From a virus (taxonomy: Duplodnaviria; Caudoviricetes): a stretch of 58,236 bases of DNA. The stretch lies in IMG/VR virus record IMGVR_UViG_3300024344_000011, positions 1 through 58,236 of that record. One strand, written 5' to 3'. Positions 37,265 to 48,512 of the stretch are shown here, in pieces (the stretch's first letter is position 1; the number at the start of each line of letters is the position of its first letter). The notes under the pieces were generated by a model. It ran no database searches. It had not been told where the DNA came from and worked only from the letters and a program-made list of their open reading frames with translations. The translations under genes and the position numbers were made by a program.

Positions 37265-39023
37265 AACTACGGGAATAGCTAAACTTAGAAGAGGAGGCCC
37301 TCCTCCTAGACCTTTTGATTATTTTGATGCTGATGATATAGATAAAAAAGCAAAAAATACTAGAAAGAAACCACCAGTTAAAAACAATATATTTAATAGA
37401 GGAAAAGGAATAGTAAGTAATCTTTATAATAGAGCATCACCGTATGTTAAAAAAGCACTTCCTTATGCAAAAAATATAAACAAACTTAAACCTTTTATGA
37501 AACCTGCTGGTGCTGTAGCTGGAATAGCTGCGCTTCCTGTTATCGGTCAAAATCCAGAACTAAATCCTTTTTCAGATAGACAACCATTTCAAATTAAACC
37601 TAAAGCTTTAGGCTCTCCTTTATTAGGAAGAGAAAATGAGGAAGAAACTTTAAGAAGATATGTTGAAGGAAGAGATGGATATGATCCTCGCATTGTTGCA
37701 GGTAGTTTAAGAAGAGGTCTAGCAAATGTAATTCCTTTTAAAAATCCATTATTAGAAGGAACATATCAAAATCCAAATATATTAAGAGGAGGATTAGACT
37801 CAAGAGAAGCTTTTGAAGAAACTATTGATAATGCTAAAGACCAATTAGGATTAGGTCTTGCTGGAAGATTTGCTAATTTATTTAAAGCTACACGAGCAGG
37901 AGAAATAACAACAGCTCAAAAAGTTGGTAGATGGTTAGATAGTAACAAAGATAAATTATATGCAATGTCTACTAAAGATACTGATTCTGCAAAAATGTTT
38001 ATTGAAACCTTACAATCCCCTGAAGGAATAAAAAACTTAATGTTAGCAGAAGATCCTGATACTTATTATGAAATATTTGCTGACGAAGAAAGACCTCCTA
38101 AAGCCCCTGAAGATGAATCGTTACCTGAACCAGGTTTAACTGATGAACAGAAAAAAGCTTTAGAAGATGCTCAAGCTCTTCGAGATGCTGATAAAGAAAT
38201 ACTTAGAAGCCAAGCTATTAGAGGAAACCCTATATCACCAGAAATAGAAGATAAAGCTTTAACAGCTGGTATGTATGGTGGTAGCCCTGAAGACACAGCA
38301 TTTGCATTCTTAGAAGATGCTGAAGTTACAAGATTGGTAGAAGAAGATAAGAAAAGGAAATTTGATTTAGAAAAAGCAAAAATTGACGGAACAGGGTATA
38401 ACAAAACTCCAAGAACAGTTGATTTTGGTATGGACACTAAACTTGCTATTTATGATCCTACTCCAGGTGGATTAGCAAAAGGAGCAAAACCATATATTAC
38501 TGATGAACAATATCTTGATGCATCAAGTGCTATAACAACATCTATTGAAAATTATAATGAAATAGTACAAAGATTTGATGAATTAGAAAATTTCTTAATT
38601 AGTGATGACTTAACAAGTTTGGGAGCTTACTTAAAAACTCTTGGAACAAGAACAGCTACAGCCTTAAGTGGTATTGATGATTTGGCATCCTCTCAAGATA
38701 AGTACAACTCTATTGCAAAAGCAGTTCAGGCTTATTTTACTAAAGATTTTTTACAAGAAAGTGGAAGAACAATTTCTAATATAGATAGAGAGTTAATAAA
38801 TCAAATAATGCCTCAAATAGGTCTTAATAGTGTAGGTATATCTCAAGATTTATTATTAGAAAAATTAAGAAATGCTAAAGAACAAATAACTCAGAAGTTA
38901 GATGAAAAAGGTTCAAGACTAAATGCTTTAGGAATATATAATCCTAAAATGGCCCAACAATTTATATTAAGCCAACAAGAAGAAATTGAATTAGATAAAT
39001 TAAGAAAACAACAAGACTTTTAA
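37227..39023 (+). CDS. putative internal virion/ejection protein
   Basis: 598 aa helical; true start likely a GTG near 37251-37257. Confidence 0.65.
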   Translation: MPDLIHLEVVVYRTTGIAKLRRGGPPPRPFDYFDADDIDKKAKNTRKKPPVKNNIFNRGKGIVSNLYNRASPYVKKALPYAKNINKLKPFMKPAGAVAGIAALPVIGQNPELNPFSDRQPFQIKPKALGSPLLGRENEEETLRRYVEGRDGYDPRIVAGSLRRGLANVIPFKNPLLEGTYQNPNILRGGLDSREAFEETIDNAKDQLGLGLAGRFANLFKATRAGEITTAQKVGRWLDSNKDKLYAMSTKDTDSAKMFIETLQSPEGIKNLMLAEDPDTYYEIFADEERPPKAPEDESLPEPGLTDEQKKALEDAQALRDADKEILRSQAIRGNPISPEIEDKALTAGMYGGSPEDTAFAFLEDAEVTRLVEEDKKRKFDLEKAKIDGTGYNKTPRTVDFGMDTKLAIYDPTPGGLAKGAKPYITDEQYLDASSAITTSIENYNEIVQRFDELENFLISDDLTSLGAYLKTLGTRTATALSGIDDLASSQDKYNSIAKAVQAYFTKDFLQESGRTISNIDRELINQIMPQIGLNSVGISQDLLLEKLRNAKEQITQKLDEKGSRLNALGIYNPKMAQQFILSQQEEIELDKLRKQQDF

Positions 39024-39037
39024 AGGAAAATAGTTAA

Positions 39038-42000
39038 ATGGCTTTAAGTCCTAAAGATGAGTTAGTTATAAGAAAAGGTATTCAAGACGGTAAGTTTGAT
39101 GAACAAACTACTGAAATAATGATAAATGCCTTAAAAGGTGATGAGGGGGCATTAAGTCAAATTTCTCCTTCTACTCCTTATTCTGCTCTTAAAAACAGAT
39201 TATCTTCTAACAGAAAAAATAAAATTACTACTTCAGGAAAAGATTATTTTGATAAAGATGTAGATTACAAAACAGGAGTGCAAAACTTAGGCTTTAGGTC
39301 TAAGTGGGCGAGAAGAGATAACGATGAAGAAAGAGATTTATTTCTTAATAAATCTGTTGGAGAAAAAGGTATTGATTGGGATAGAGATACCCAAGGTCGT
39401 TATGTTCTTACGCCAAGAGGACAACAAAAAATTGGTCTTAATGCTACAGAAAAAAAGTTAGCTATTGATGAAACGGGTATGTCATTTGATGATGTTATAG
39501 AATTTTTTTCAGCTTATGGCGCTCCAATAGCTCTTGGTACGGCAGGCGCAATAGCCGCTCCTTTAACAGGCGGAGCATCATTAGGAGTTTTACCATATTT
39601 AGGATTAACTTCATTAGGGGCTGGAGCCGGAACTTTTGCTGGGGTATTAGCTGACGAAGGTATTGAGGCTATTGAAGGGTATCAAGCAGAAAAAGCAACA
39701 GATGTATTTCAAAGAGCAGCTTTAGAAGCTTTGTTTGCCGCTGCCGCTGAAGGTGTGGTAGGTGGAGCTATTTTAGGTGGGTTAAGAGTTGCTAAAGGCC
39801 CAGGGGCAAGTTTAACTCCAGGTTTAGGAGGAGCAAGAGGAGAAGCTACTCAAAGTAATTTTGCAGAAGCTATTCTTAAAAAAGATAAAAGTTTATTACC
39901 TCCTGAAATAGCTAAAGGAAAAGGAAGTTTGTTTGAAACTATTCTTGATCCGGCTAATGCTAACAAAGTTGTAGAAATTGAGGGCCAACAAGTAACACTA
40001 GGGCAACTTGGACAAGATGTTGCCAACATGATGCCTAATGTTAAAAACCTTTCAGACAAAGAAATATTAGCTACCGCTCAAAAAGTTGCAGAAGTTATTT
40101 TTCCTAACAAAAAAGCACAAGCAAGAAATGCTCAAGCTTTTGCATCTGCTATAAGAGCTATGAAAGGTATGTTAAATAAAAAGAAAACACTTAATCCTAG
40201 TGATATTCAAAAAGCTCTTAATGATGCTTTTCCTGACGATAAAGTTTTAAAAGAAAACATTGATGTAACAAGCAATAAATTAACTCAATTATTGCAAGAA
40301 GCTTTTGGTAAAAAAGGTGTGAAAAGTATTAAAGGAAGAAAAGGTAGTCCTAAACTTTTAGACGAAAATGAAATTGCACAAAGAATTGAAGTAGGAAAAA
40401 GAATTTTTCAAAATCAAACTAATGCTGGGTACTTAGCAGTTGAAAATTTACTAAATAATGTAAGTAAAGATTTTTTACCCAAACTAAACAGTGATGGATT
40501 ATTGTTTTCAAAAATTGCAGATGAACTTGATGAAATTTCTAAAACTGTTTTTAATGGTAAAGAATTAAAAAAGTTTTCTGATTTTTTAAGAACTAAAACA
40601 AAACCTTCATCTTCTTTAAGTGAGTTAAATCATATTAGATCTGTTTTAAGAGGTGTTGCATTTGACGGAACTATTGATGATGCAGCTAAGAAAGCCGCTA
40701 GAGAAGGTGTTAAAACTTTAGATAAAAAAATTAATTTTTTTAAAGAACAACTAGGAACATTAGCTAGGTCAAAATCAGGAAGAGGAATAAAAAAAGGTGT
40801 TAAAAGAGATGTAGAAAAAGCTTTTAAAGTATTAGATGATACAGAGCAATTTTATAAAGACGGCATAGGTAAGTTTAGATCAAAAGAAATAGAAGAAATT
40901 TTAATTAAAGCTCAAGCAGATGGTTTAAGGTTTGATGATATTGTTAATTTAGTAGGAGATAAAAAAGGTTTAAACTTGTTATTAAATGTAATGAACCCTA
41001 CAAGGTTAAAAACCTTTCAACCTTTTAAAGATAGAAGATTAACTCAAGCTATAAAATTTTCTGAAACAGAATCGCCGTTAGTTACTAACTATATTAATAA
41101 AAATTTAAGAGCTAATGCTTCTGAACAAACAATAAACAATGATCCTTTTGTTCAGTATATGAGAGCAGCTCAAAAAGAAAACATGGAAATTAATAAATTA
41201 ATTAATGAAACTTTAGGTAAGGGAAGTACAAGAACAGATCAATTATTAAAAAAATCTTTAGCAGCAGCTCATTGGACAAGAATGTTTGGAGATGAAGCTT
41301 TAACAAATAGCAAGGGTTTTGGCCTTCAGCCAAAAGGGGGCGTGTCTGAGATAGGGGTGGAAAGCCAAATGGTTATCAATCCTAAAAATCTTTGGAAAGA
41401 ATTTACTGAAAACAAATATGCTTTAGAGGAAATTTACGGAAAAACAGAATATAAAGAATTAGTAGATATTTTAAAAACAATGAAAGACGATGCTGTTGAT
41501 GCTTTACCCTTAAGTAATTTTACAGACATTGCTGGGAAAAGAGCAGGCACTTTAATTAATAGGTTAAAAGAACAAAAACAAGCTTTAGACTTTCAACAAA
41601 CTAGAGGTGATACTGTAAGAGCTATTCTAGCAGCTAGAAATAATCCTGATGCTTTATCTCAATTAGGAAAAAGATTTATTAAGGCAGATGTTAGCCCAAC
41701 TGAAGTTACAGAATTAAAAAGTGTTTTAATTACTAATGGAGGTTTAAGCAAACAACAAGCCGATGATTTATTTACAGATATGGCTCTTGAAAAGATACTT
41801 CCTACAGCAGATCAATTAGCAGGTGATGATTTAATGAATGGAATAATTACTAACCAATTAGATAATTTTGTAGGAGATGGGGCAAAATATAATAGAGAGC
41901 TTTTAGAAGAATTGTTTGGTGGAGGTCAGCAAGGAAAAATTGTTTATGATAATTTAAAAGATTTATGGAGATATTCTAAATTAATTTCAGAAAGCAGTAC

Positions 42001-42505
42001 ACGAGGTTTATCAGCATTGAAAGGCGCTAGTGAAAGAACAGCTCTTGCGGGTTTTGCATTGTTATTTGCTCCTGGAGCAACATTAACAACTGCTATAGGT
42101 TCTTATGGTTTAAGAGCTTTATTAAGATCGCCTCAAGCAATGAAATTTTTAGCTACTCGACCAAGAGGTGTTAAAACTGAAGATGAAATATTAGCTAAAT
42201 CTAACTTTATTAAAAGACTTACAACTCGTGGCATTACTCAACCTATTGCAGGAGAAACTTCAAGAGGACAACAAAGAGCGCAAGACTTTATAGAAGAGCA
42301 AGCTAAAGAAGTATTTAAAGAAGCAACCCCCGAAGGAACAGAGCAAGTAACAGAAACACAAACAGAAACAGTAAGACCAAAAAAAGTATCTATGCCAATG
42401 CCTCCTCCTCAATCTAATCCTCCAGGGATAGAAAGAAAGATTGCATTAGGAGCAGCTGGAAATAGTCCACTTAATCAAGCATTATTAAGAAGTAGGAGTG
42501 TGTAA
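39038..42505 (+). CDS. large ejection protein with TM-like hairpins
   Basis: 1155 aa; G/A-rich hydrophobic helices near both ends. Confidence 0.7.
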   Translation: MALSPKDELVIRKGIQDGKFDEQTTEIMINALKGDEGALSQISPSTPYSALKNRLSSNRKNKITTSGKDYFDKDVDYKTGVQNLGFRSKWARRDNDEERDLFLNKSVGEKGIDWDRDTQGRYVLTPRGQQKIGLNATEKKLAIDETGMSFDDVIEFFSAYGAPIALGTAGAIAAPLTGGASLGVLPYLGLTSLGAGAGTFAGVLADEGIEAIEGYQAEKATDVFQRAALEALFAAAAEGVVGGAILGGLRVAKGPGASLTPGLGGARGEATQSNFAEAILKKDKSLLPPEIAKGKGSLFETILDPANANKVVEIEGQQVTLGQLGQDVANMMPNVKNLSDKEILATAQKVAEVIFPNKKAQARNAQAFASAIRAMKGMLNKKKTLNPSDIQKALNDAFPDDKVLKENIDVTSNKLTQLLQEAFGKKGVKSIKGRKGSPKLLDENEIAQRIEVGKRIFQNQTNAGYLAVENLLNNVSKDFLPKLNSDGLLFSKIADELDEISKTVFNGKELKKFSDFLRTKTKPSSSLSELNHIRSVLRGVAFDGTIDDAAKKAAREGVKTLDKKINFFKEQLGTLARSKSGRGIKKGVKRDVEKAFKVLDDTEQFYKDGIGKFRSKEIEEILIKAQADGLRFDDIVNLVGDKKGLNLLLNVMNPTRLKTFQPFKDRRLTQAIKFSETESPLVTNYINKNLRANASEQTINNDPFVQYMRAAQKENMEINKLINETLGKGSTRTDQLLKKSLAAAHWTRMFGDEALTNSKGFGLQPKGGVSEIGVESQMVINPKNLWKEFTENKYALEEIYGKTEYKELVDILKTMKDDAVDALPLSNFTDIAGKRAGTLINRLKEQKQALDFQQTRGDTVRAILAARNNPDALSQLGKRFIKADVSPTEVTELKSVLITNGGLSKQQADDLFTDMALEKILPTADQLAGDDLMNGIITNQLDNFVGDGAKYNRELLEELFGGGQQGKIVYDNLKDLWRYSKLISESSTRGLSALKGASERTALAGFALLFAPGATLTTAIGSYGLRALLRSPQAMKFLATRPRGVKTEDEILAKSNFIKRLTTRGITQPIAGETSRGQQRAQDFIEEQAKEVFKEATPEGTEQVTETQTETVRPKKVSMPMPPPQSNPPGIERKIALGAAGNSPLNQALLRSRSV

Positions 42506-45500
42506 TGGCTGATGATTCAATGGATGCTTGGTATGAATTATTTGGACAGGACGGGCAAGTAACAGATGTCGGACAAGATGTATTAGTTTCTACAGGGCCA
42601 ACTGGTCGATCTACTTCTGCTATCGATGTTGAAGACTTTACTATGGGTTATAGGGGAGTCGAGCAATTCCAAGGTAAAGAGGCAGCTGATGCTTGGGCTT
42701 TAGAAAATGCCAATACCTACAATATAGATCCTGATAGTATTAATATATTTCTTGAAACAGAAACTTATGATCCAACCGCTGTAATCAATAATGAAGTTGA
42801 TTTTACTGTTGGCGGATATGATACAGATTTAGAAAAACAAGGTTTTCAAGCTAGTGATGCTGGACAAATGATTGTCACAGGAGATGAAGATACTCAAGCA
42901 ACAATCAGTTATCCTGATGATGAGATATATGGCCCTAGTGCCGGATTGACAGTTGACGCTGCTTCAATATATGGAACTCCTGATTTAGTTGTAGGTGAGC
43001 CTGTTTCTGGAGAGGGTGGTGTAACTATTCTTAATCCAAAAGGTTTAGCTTTTGGAGGTGATTCCCCATTACTTTCTTCTTACAATACTCTTGCTCGTGC
43101 TAGTAAAACTATTCCTTTTGCGGGACAAGCCGGAGCTAATTTAGGTGATGGAATGGATGGCGAAACATGGATAGCTATTTATGAAGATGTATTGCCTGAA
43201 GATTTAGTCTCAATGGTTGCTTCTTCTTTTGGTATTGCGTGGTCTCCAAAAACAAAAACAAAAAAAACAACAAAAACAGATGGAAGCTCTACCACAACAG
43301 GAGGTTCAACAGATGGTGGAACAACAACGATAGATATAGGGGGATCAGGAGACGGTGATTACACTAGCACAATTTATGGGACAACTGCTACAGGGCCAGG
43401 TTCAACTGTTCCTAATTTAGGTTATTTTACGGACGAAGGTTTTGGGCCTTTCTTTACTCCCGATACTTCTTATTCTTCTTACGACACTTTTGTAAGTCCT
43501 TATACAGGCAACCCTTTAGCAACATTATTTGATGTTGGCTTAAGTTCAGACCAATTCTTCGGTGGCCCAGGAACAATGACCACCAACCAACCCTTATCAG
43601 CGTATGGATACACCGAAGACACATTCGCTCCTCCTGAAGGTGGTATCTTTAATCTTGATAGTTTTAGAGGTCTAAACTTAACACAAGGGTTATCTTTTGG
43701 AGACTACAAGCCAGCAGGTACATCAGTAATTACAGGAGGAGGGAATGTTGGAACAGGGCCAGGTGGAGGAATTAGTAGTGTATTTACAGGAGGACAGGGA
43801 ACAACAGGCACAGGAACAACAGGCTTAATAAATAATACAGGCTTAACGGGTGATTATGTAGCTCCTGGTGAAGATATTATTACCGAAAGTGGAGGCTCTT
43901 CCACAAGTAGCGGTGGTTTTGATATAACAGGAAGTCCGTTTTTAGATGCAGTTTTAGTAGGGGTAGCAGGAGATAGTCTTTACAATTTCTTATTTGGCGA
44001 AGGCGAAACCCAAGGATATGCGGGTAAAATAGGACAGGGTATAAAAGATTTCTTTACAGGAACAGATACTAAAATCATATCTCCAGGCGATGCTAGTGTT
44101 TATGAATGGGGGCCAGATACTTTTGGTGAAAGTACCGCAACAATGAAGGGGTTAGGGCCAGCAAGAATATCTTTTGAATTTGGATACAATAATATAGATG
44201 CTTACAATAAAATGGTAGCTGATGGTAAATTTACCGGAACATTTGATGAATACAATAAAGCAATGTTGGACAGTTACGAAAAATTTGTAACAGAAGAATG
44301 GGGTAGTGAAACATGGGCTGGAGAAAGTTCAGTTATTGAACAGAAGACATTTGAAGGTGATTATGATGAACCATTTAAAATGTCCGAAGAGGAAATAGAT
44401 GAAAGTTTAAGTGCGGAAGAGGAAACTAATTTTGAAAATGCAACAGAAGATAGTGTTAATAGTTTCTTAGAAAGTATAAACTTTAATGGAAATGCTAGCT
44501 CTTTCTTAACTGGGTTACAAAATGCTGGATTTTCGTACCAACCTGGCGAGTTAACATGGACTACTGGTGTAGATGGATCAACATTAAGTCAAGCAGTTGG
44601 AGGTTATAAGACAATAACATTGTCAGCAGCAGATGTTGCTTCAGGCGGTAAATATGCCAACTCTGGAAAAGTAGCTGGAGATGTTGTGACAGTAGGAGAA
44701 GGTGGAGAAATTTTAACAGGAATGGATGCTCTTAATGCTGAAGTACTTACATTTTTTTCTGATATAACTCCTGATTTTATTGAAGATTCTCTTGATGTTG
44801 TAGGAAATTCAATACCACCAGGAGTAAAAAAAGGTTTAACTATCTTAGCGCAAATAGGTGGTGGTATCGAAGGTATTACCGAAGCCCTTAAATTTATAGA
44901 TGATCCCGAACCTGAAACAGCATTACGAGCAGCTTCAGGAGTGTTAGCAGCTACAGGACAATTTGGAATGGCTCTAGCTGTTAAAGCAGTAGCTGAACTT
45001 GTCGATGCTATTTTTGGTGGTTATGATCAGCCCTCACATAGATCAGTTTATGCAAATTTAGATTTTGATGACTTTGATCCACTTGGTTACTCTCAAGGTG
45101 ATTATGATTCGGGTAAAGCAGCCGGAGAAGGTATGAATGAACTTATGGTGAATATTATGAGTGATGTTATGCTTGATGATTTAAAAGCATTGGAAGATGA
45201 ATATGGCATAGATATTAAGGGCGATTTACAAATTCATTATTCTGCTCTGGACGGCTTCTTCTATACTATTGGCAACGAAGATGTAACAGGATTTCTAGAA
45301 AGATTAGATGCAAGAGACGGTGGAAAAGATATTGAACCTTATGAAATGTATAGAAGAAATTTAGGAACTTTAGACTTTGATAATAATGAAAGATTATTAG
45401 AGCAGTTAGGTGAATTTAAAGAAACTATTATTAGTGATATGAGAAGAGTATTAGATGCTGGTTATACCGACTTTAGTGATTTCCAAATGAAGCTATCTGA

Positions 45501-45696
45501 AGCTGGTTTAGAAGAAGCTTATAATAGTTTAGTAGATTCCGGCATGACAGAAAATGAAATTCAAATGTATCTTTTAGGCACTATCAATGTAGCTGGTGGA
45601 CAGGGGGGAAATAGTCCTCTACTTAGTTGGGCTTTAAGAAACGGAAAATTTGGTGACGGTGGATTAGCTAATCTTGCAACGAGGTATGCCGCTTAA
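42505..45696 (+). CDS. large acidic G/T-rich putative virion protein
   Basis: 1063 aa, last late gene; ends FGDGGLANLATRYAA; stop shares TTAA with the convergent primase gene. Confidence 0.65.
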   Translation: MADDSMDAWYELFGQDGQVTDVGQDVLVSTGPTGRSTSAIDVEDFTMGYRGVEQFQGKEAADAWALENANTYNIDPDSINIFLETETYDPTAVINNEVDFTVGGYDTDLEKQGFQASDAGQMIVTGDEDTQATISYPDDEIYGPSAGLTVDAASIYGTPDLVVGEPVSGEGGVTILNPKGLAFGGDSPLLSSYNTLARASKTIPFAGQAGANLGDGMDGETWIAIYEDVLPEDLVSMVASSFGIAWSPKTKTKKTTKTDGSSTTTGGSTDGGTTTIDIGGSGDGDYTSTIYGTTATGPGSTVPNLGYFTDEGFGPFFTPDTSYSSYDTFVSPYTGNPLATLFDVGLSSDQFFGGPGTMTTNQPLSAYGYTEDTFAPPEGGIFNLDSFRGLNLTQGLSFGDYKPAGTSVITGGGNVGTGPGGGISSVFTGGQGTTGTGTTGLINNTGLTGDYVAPGEDIITESGGSSTSSGGFDITGSPFLDAVLVGVAGDSLYNFLFGEGETQGYAGKIGQGIKDFFTGTDTKIISPGDASVYEWGPDTFGESTATMKGLGPARISFEFGYNNIDAYNKMVADGKFTGTFDEYNKAMLDSYEKFVTEEWGSETWAGESSVIEQKTFEGDYDEPFKMSEEEIDESLSAEEETNFENATEDSVNSFLESINFNGNASSFLTGLQNAGFSYQPGELTWTTGVDGSTLSQAVGGYKTITLSAADVASGGKYANSGKVAGDVVTVGEGGEILTGMDALNAEVLTFFSDITPDFIEDSLDVVGNSIPPGVKKGLTILAQIGGGIEGITEALKFIDDPEPETALRAASGVLAATGQFGMALAVKAVAELVDAIFGGYDQPSHRSVYANLDFDDFDPLGYSQGDYDSGKAAGEGMNELMVNIMSDVMLDDLKALEDEYGIDIKGDLQIHYSALDGFFYTIGNEDVTGFLERLDARDGGKDIEPYEMYRRNLGTLDFDNNERLLEQLGEFKETIISDMRRVLDAGYTDFSDFQMKLSEAGLEEAYNSLVDSGMTENEIQMYLLGTINVAGGQGGNSPLLSWALRNGKFGDGGLANLATRYAA

Positions 45697-47738
45697 GCTC
45701 CTGTTGTAAATTCTCCATCTCCTTCTGCAAATGGGCCATCGGGAACATCTAACCACTTCTTACTTTTTGATCCTAAAGCCATAGCTTTAACAATTCTATT
45801 TGTATCAATTAAAGTTTGAACCATGTCTTGAAGATTGTTTATACCTCTATCATGAAAACGAGGTGTCAATCTTTCTTTATGATAAGCAATACCGTTTGCT
45901 CTTCCTGTTTGTGTAAAGGGTTTACCTTCGTAAGCAGCTTGTTTAATACACATAACTAATTCTTGTAGATCTATTTCTGTTCCGTGACGAGCCATACCGA
46001 GTTCCTCACTGCAACCTTCTAACAAACCATTTTTTGTGTTTCTTAAAAAAGTTCTTATCTCTCTGTTAGCAGGGCCATTTGATTTAACAACAGCTCCATG
46101 AGCAACTCTATTTCTTCTAAAGTCCACCCCTAAAGTTTTGCATATATATTTCATTTCACTTTCAGGAGGAGTCCACATAGCCATAGCAAATCTTAGACCA
46201 TCTACGATAGCAGAAGTTCCCCGAATAAGATTTCTTGCGTGTTCAGGTGTTGTGACGGGGTGTTTCATATCTACCTTAGCCATGTGATGTATTATTAACC
46301 AGGTTGCATTGGTTTCGGTTGATAGACTAGCAAAATATCCTGTTACAAAACTACCCATAGCCGGATCAGCATTTATATCGGCATAAACAAAAGAACTTAG
46401 TGGATCAATAACAACAAGAACTACATCTTCAATTTTTTTTATTTGGTCGCATATATTTCTCCATTCAGGAGTAATTTGTGGTCTGCCTTTTTCAACAGTA
46501 ACAATTGGAACTGTTCCTCCGTAATTAGGAAAAGGAATAATTTTTAAATCATGTCCTGTCTCTCTAAACCGATAACCTTCGTCATCTAACGAATCAATTC
46601 TTCTATGTATCTCGTCTGCCTCATCCTCAGCAGTCATTATAACAACTGAACCATTTTTAGTAATAGGGCTATCAAATACTCTATCTCTTCCCGGAGTTCC
46701 ATAAGCAAGTTTTAAACCCATATCTAAAGTTAACAGACCTTTACCCGTATCGCCCTGAGCCGCTAAAACTCCTGCAACACCTTGTGGTAAAGTTTCTTCT
46801 ATCAAATATTTATAAGGAGGGGCAGTGCCTCTAGTGTACTTAGAAGCTGATAAAGTTTTATCAAGAAGGTTAATAACTTTTCTATCGCCTTCTTCTAATG
46901 ATAAGAAATTATATATATTAAAGTTTTCTGTTACAGCATCAGCGGCATCCCAACCCTTGGGTTTTCCTTTATGTGGTTGTAATACTCTGACTGATTTACA
47001 AAAACCTATAAGATAGGTAGCAACTGATTCAGCATATTTTAAACCAGGTTCATCGTTATCAGGCCATATGATAATGTCTTTGTTTTCCAAAGGAGACCAA
47101 TCGGTTTTATCAAGAGGAGCAGATGATCCGGCCATAGCAGAAGTAGCTACATAGTCTTTTAAAGTAAGCGCATCTACACACTTTTCTCCTTCAACTATTA
47201 TAATATTATCTGAATTAGCTACTTTAGAAAGATTATAAAGTGGACGAACAGACGGCATTTTATAATCGCCATTAGCTAATTGAGGTAAAAAAGTTTTATT
47301 GCCATCATTAAACTCTTTTCTAATAACCGTGCAAACCAGGTTGCCATGAATATCTGTATAAGGATACTCAGCAACAACCCTTCCTTTTTCTTTTGTTGGT
47401 TGTTTTGGAGGAGGGGTATATTCAATAGGATTATTTACTCCTAAAAATTTTCCTATATCTTCAATGGCTTCGACAAAGTTAACATTCTTTTTATACTTCC
47501 AAACCTCAATGAAGTCTGAAAACATTCTGTCTTTATCTGAGGTATTAAACTCTCCTCCTACACCATTTTTAGAAGGATCAAGACTAAAAGAAACAGATTG
47601 GCCCCTACTACCATCTAAATCTCCAATAACAAATTCTGTCCCAATAACTTTACCAGCCGGGAAAAGATGAAAATATATATCGGCTAGTCTGCTAGAGCAT
47701 TGTCTTTTGAATTGATCTATCTCCCTATTCTGCTCCAT
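45693..47738 (-). CDS. primase-helicase (TOPRIM plus RepA/AAA_25-like helicase)
   Basis: VEGEKCVD, WPDND, GWDAAD; AQGDTGKG, AEDE, VIDPL, IIHH, RGTSA. Confidence 0.9.
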   Translation of the reverse strand: MEQNREIDQFKRQCSSRLADIYFHLFPAGKVIGTEFVIGDLDGSRGQSVSFSLDPSKNGVGGEFNTSDKDRMFSDFIEVWKYKKNVNFVEAIEDIGKFLGVNNPIEYTPPPKQPTKEKGRVVAEYPYTDIHGNLVCTVIRKEFNDGNKTFLPQLANGDYKMPSVRPLYNLSKVANSDNIIIVEGEKCVDALTLKDYVATSAMAGSSAPLDKTDWSPLENKDIIIWPDNDEPGLKYAESVATYLIGFCKSVRVLQPHKGKPKGWDAADAVTENFNIYNFLSLEEGDRKVINLLDKTLSASKYTRGTAPPYKYLIEETLPQGVAGVLAAQGDTGKGLLTLDMGLKLAYGTPGRDRVFDSPITKNGSVVIMTAEDEADEIHRRIDSLDDEGYRFRETGHDLKIIPFPNYGGTVPIVTVEKGRPQITPEWRNICDQIKKIEDVVLVVIDPLSSFVYADINADPAMGSFVTGYFASLSTETNATWLIIHHMAKVDMKHPVTTPEHARNLIRGTSAIVDGLRFAMAMWTPPESEMKYICKTLGVDFRRNRVAHGAVVKSNGPANREIRTFLRNTKNGLLEGCSEELGMARHGTEIDLQELVMCIKQAAYEGKPFTQTGRANGIAYHKERLTPRFHDRGINNLQDMVQTLIDTNRIVKAMALGSKSKKWLDVPDGPFAEGDGEFTTGA

Positions 47739-48486
47739 CTACATCCCAACATCTTTTACTAAATTCACAAAACCTACAATTAAAATGGTCTCTGTCAAAA
47801 GCTACTCGTGGCATTAACTCTTGAGCATCAGTAGCCTTAAGTATTAAAGCCGCCTTATCAGAGCATTCTTGAGCAAACTGTGAATCAAATAAAACCCTTT
47901 CATGGTATATCTCTTGTGTATTTTTATTAACAACTGTAAAGAGAGCCGGATTTTCTGTTAATCCCATGTAATATTGATAAACAACTATCTGAGCAAAATA
48001 AACCTTGTTAGTTTTTGCTACTCCATTTTTTTTAAATTTTTTCCAATTGCTATCGTTAGCTGATTTGCATTCCCAAAGATACGGATAGTCTTCCTCAAAA
48101 GGACTAGCCATAATGATCCCGTCAACATGGCCCTTTATTCTGTCATTGTAATGAGAAAAACCAAACTGTTTACCCGTTTTATCTTTTTCTCTAACACTAA
48201 AACCTGCTTTGGTAAGCCACCCTATAGCCATATCTTCAAAAGCATTCCCTGTTCCAAATATTCTGAGTGTTCTTCCCTCAAAATGTTTATCAGGTTCAAG
48301 TCCTAACAACCGATATTGTAATTTTCTTTTACAATCATCACCTATACTAGAACCACCAATATATTCTCGTCTTGGCTGTTGTTGATTATCTTTCTCTAAT
48401 TTATCATCTATAATTTCGTTAATCTCGTCAGAAATATCCCCAACAAGTTTATTTAATTTTATCTTTTTTTCTTCTGATTTTAACAT
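47725..48486 (-). CDS. Cas4-like PD-(D/E)XK exonuclease
   Basis: GSSIGDDC, GHVDG, WECKS, Q...Y, C-terminal CRFC...RC Fe-S cysteines. Confidence 0.85.
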   Translation of the reverse strand: MLKSEEKKIKLNKLVGDISDEINEIIDDKLEKDNQQQPRREYIGGSSIGDDCKRKLQYRLLGLEPDKHFEGRTLRIFGTGNAFEDMAIGWLTKAGFSVREKDKTGKQFGFSHYNDRIKGHVDGIIMASPFEEDYPYLWECKSANDSNWKKFKKNGVAKTNKVYFAQIVVYQYYMGLTENPALFTVVNKNTQEIYHERVLFDSQFAQECSDKAALILKATDAQELMPRVAFDRDHFNCRFCEFSKRCWDVDGAE

Positions 48487-48512
48487 TAAGGATCTTCCTC
48501 TTTCCTTTTGCT

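Noticed and set aside
47725-48486. Cas4 as evidence of a CRISPR system
   Set aside because: Solo Cas4-like nuclease in a standard phage recombination module; no array
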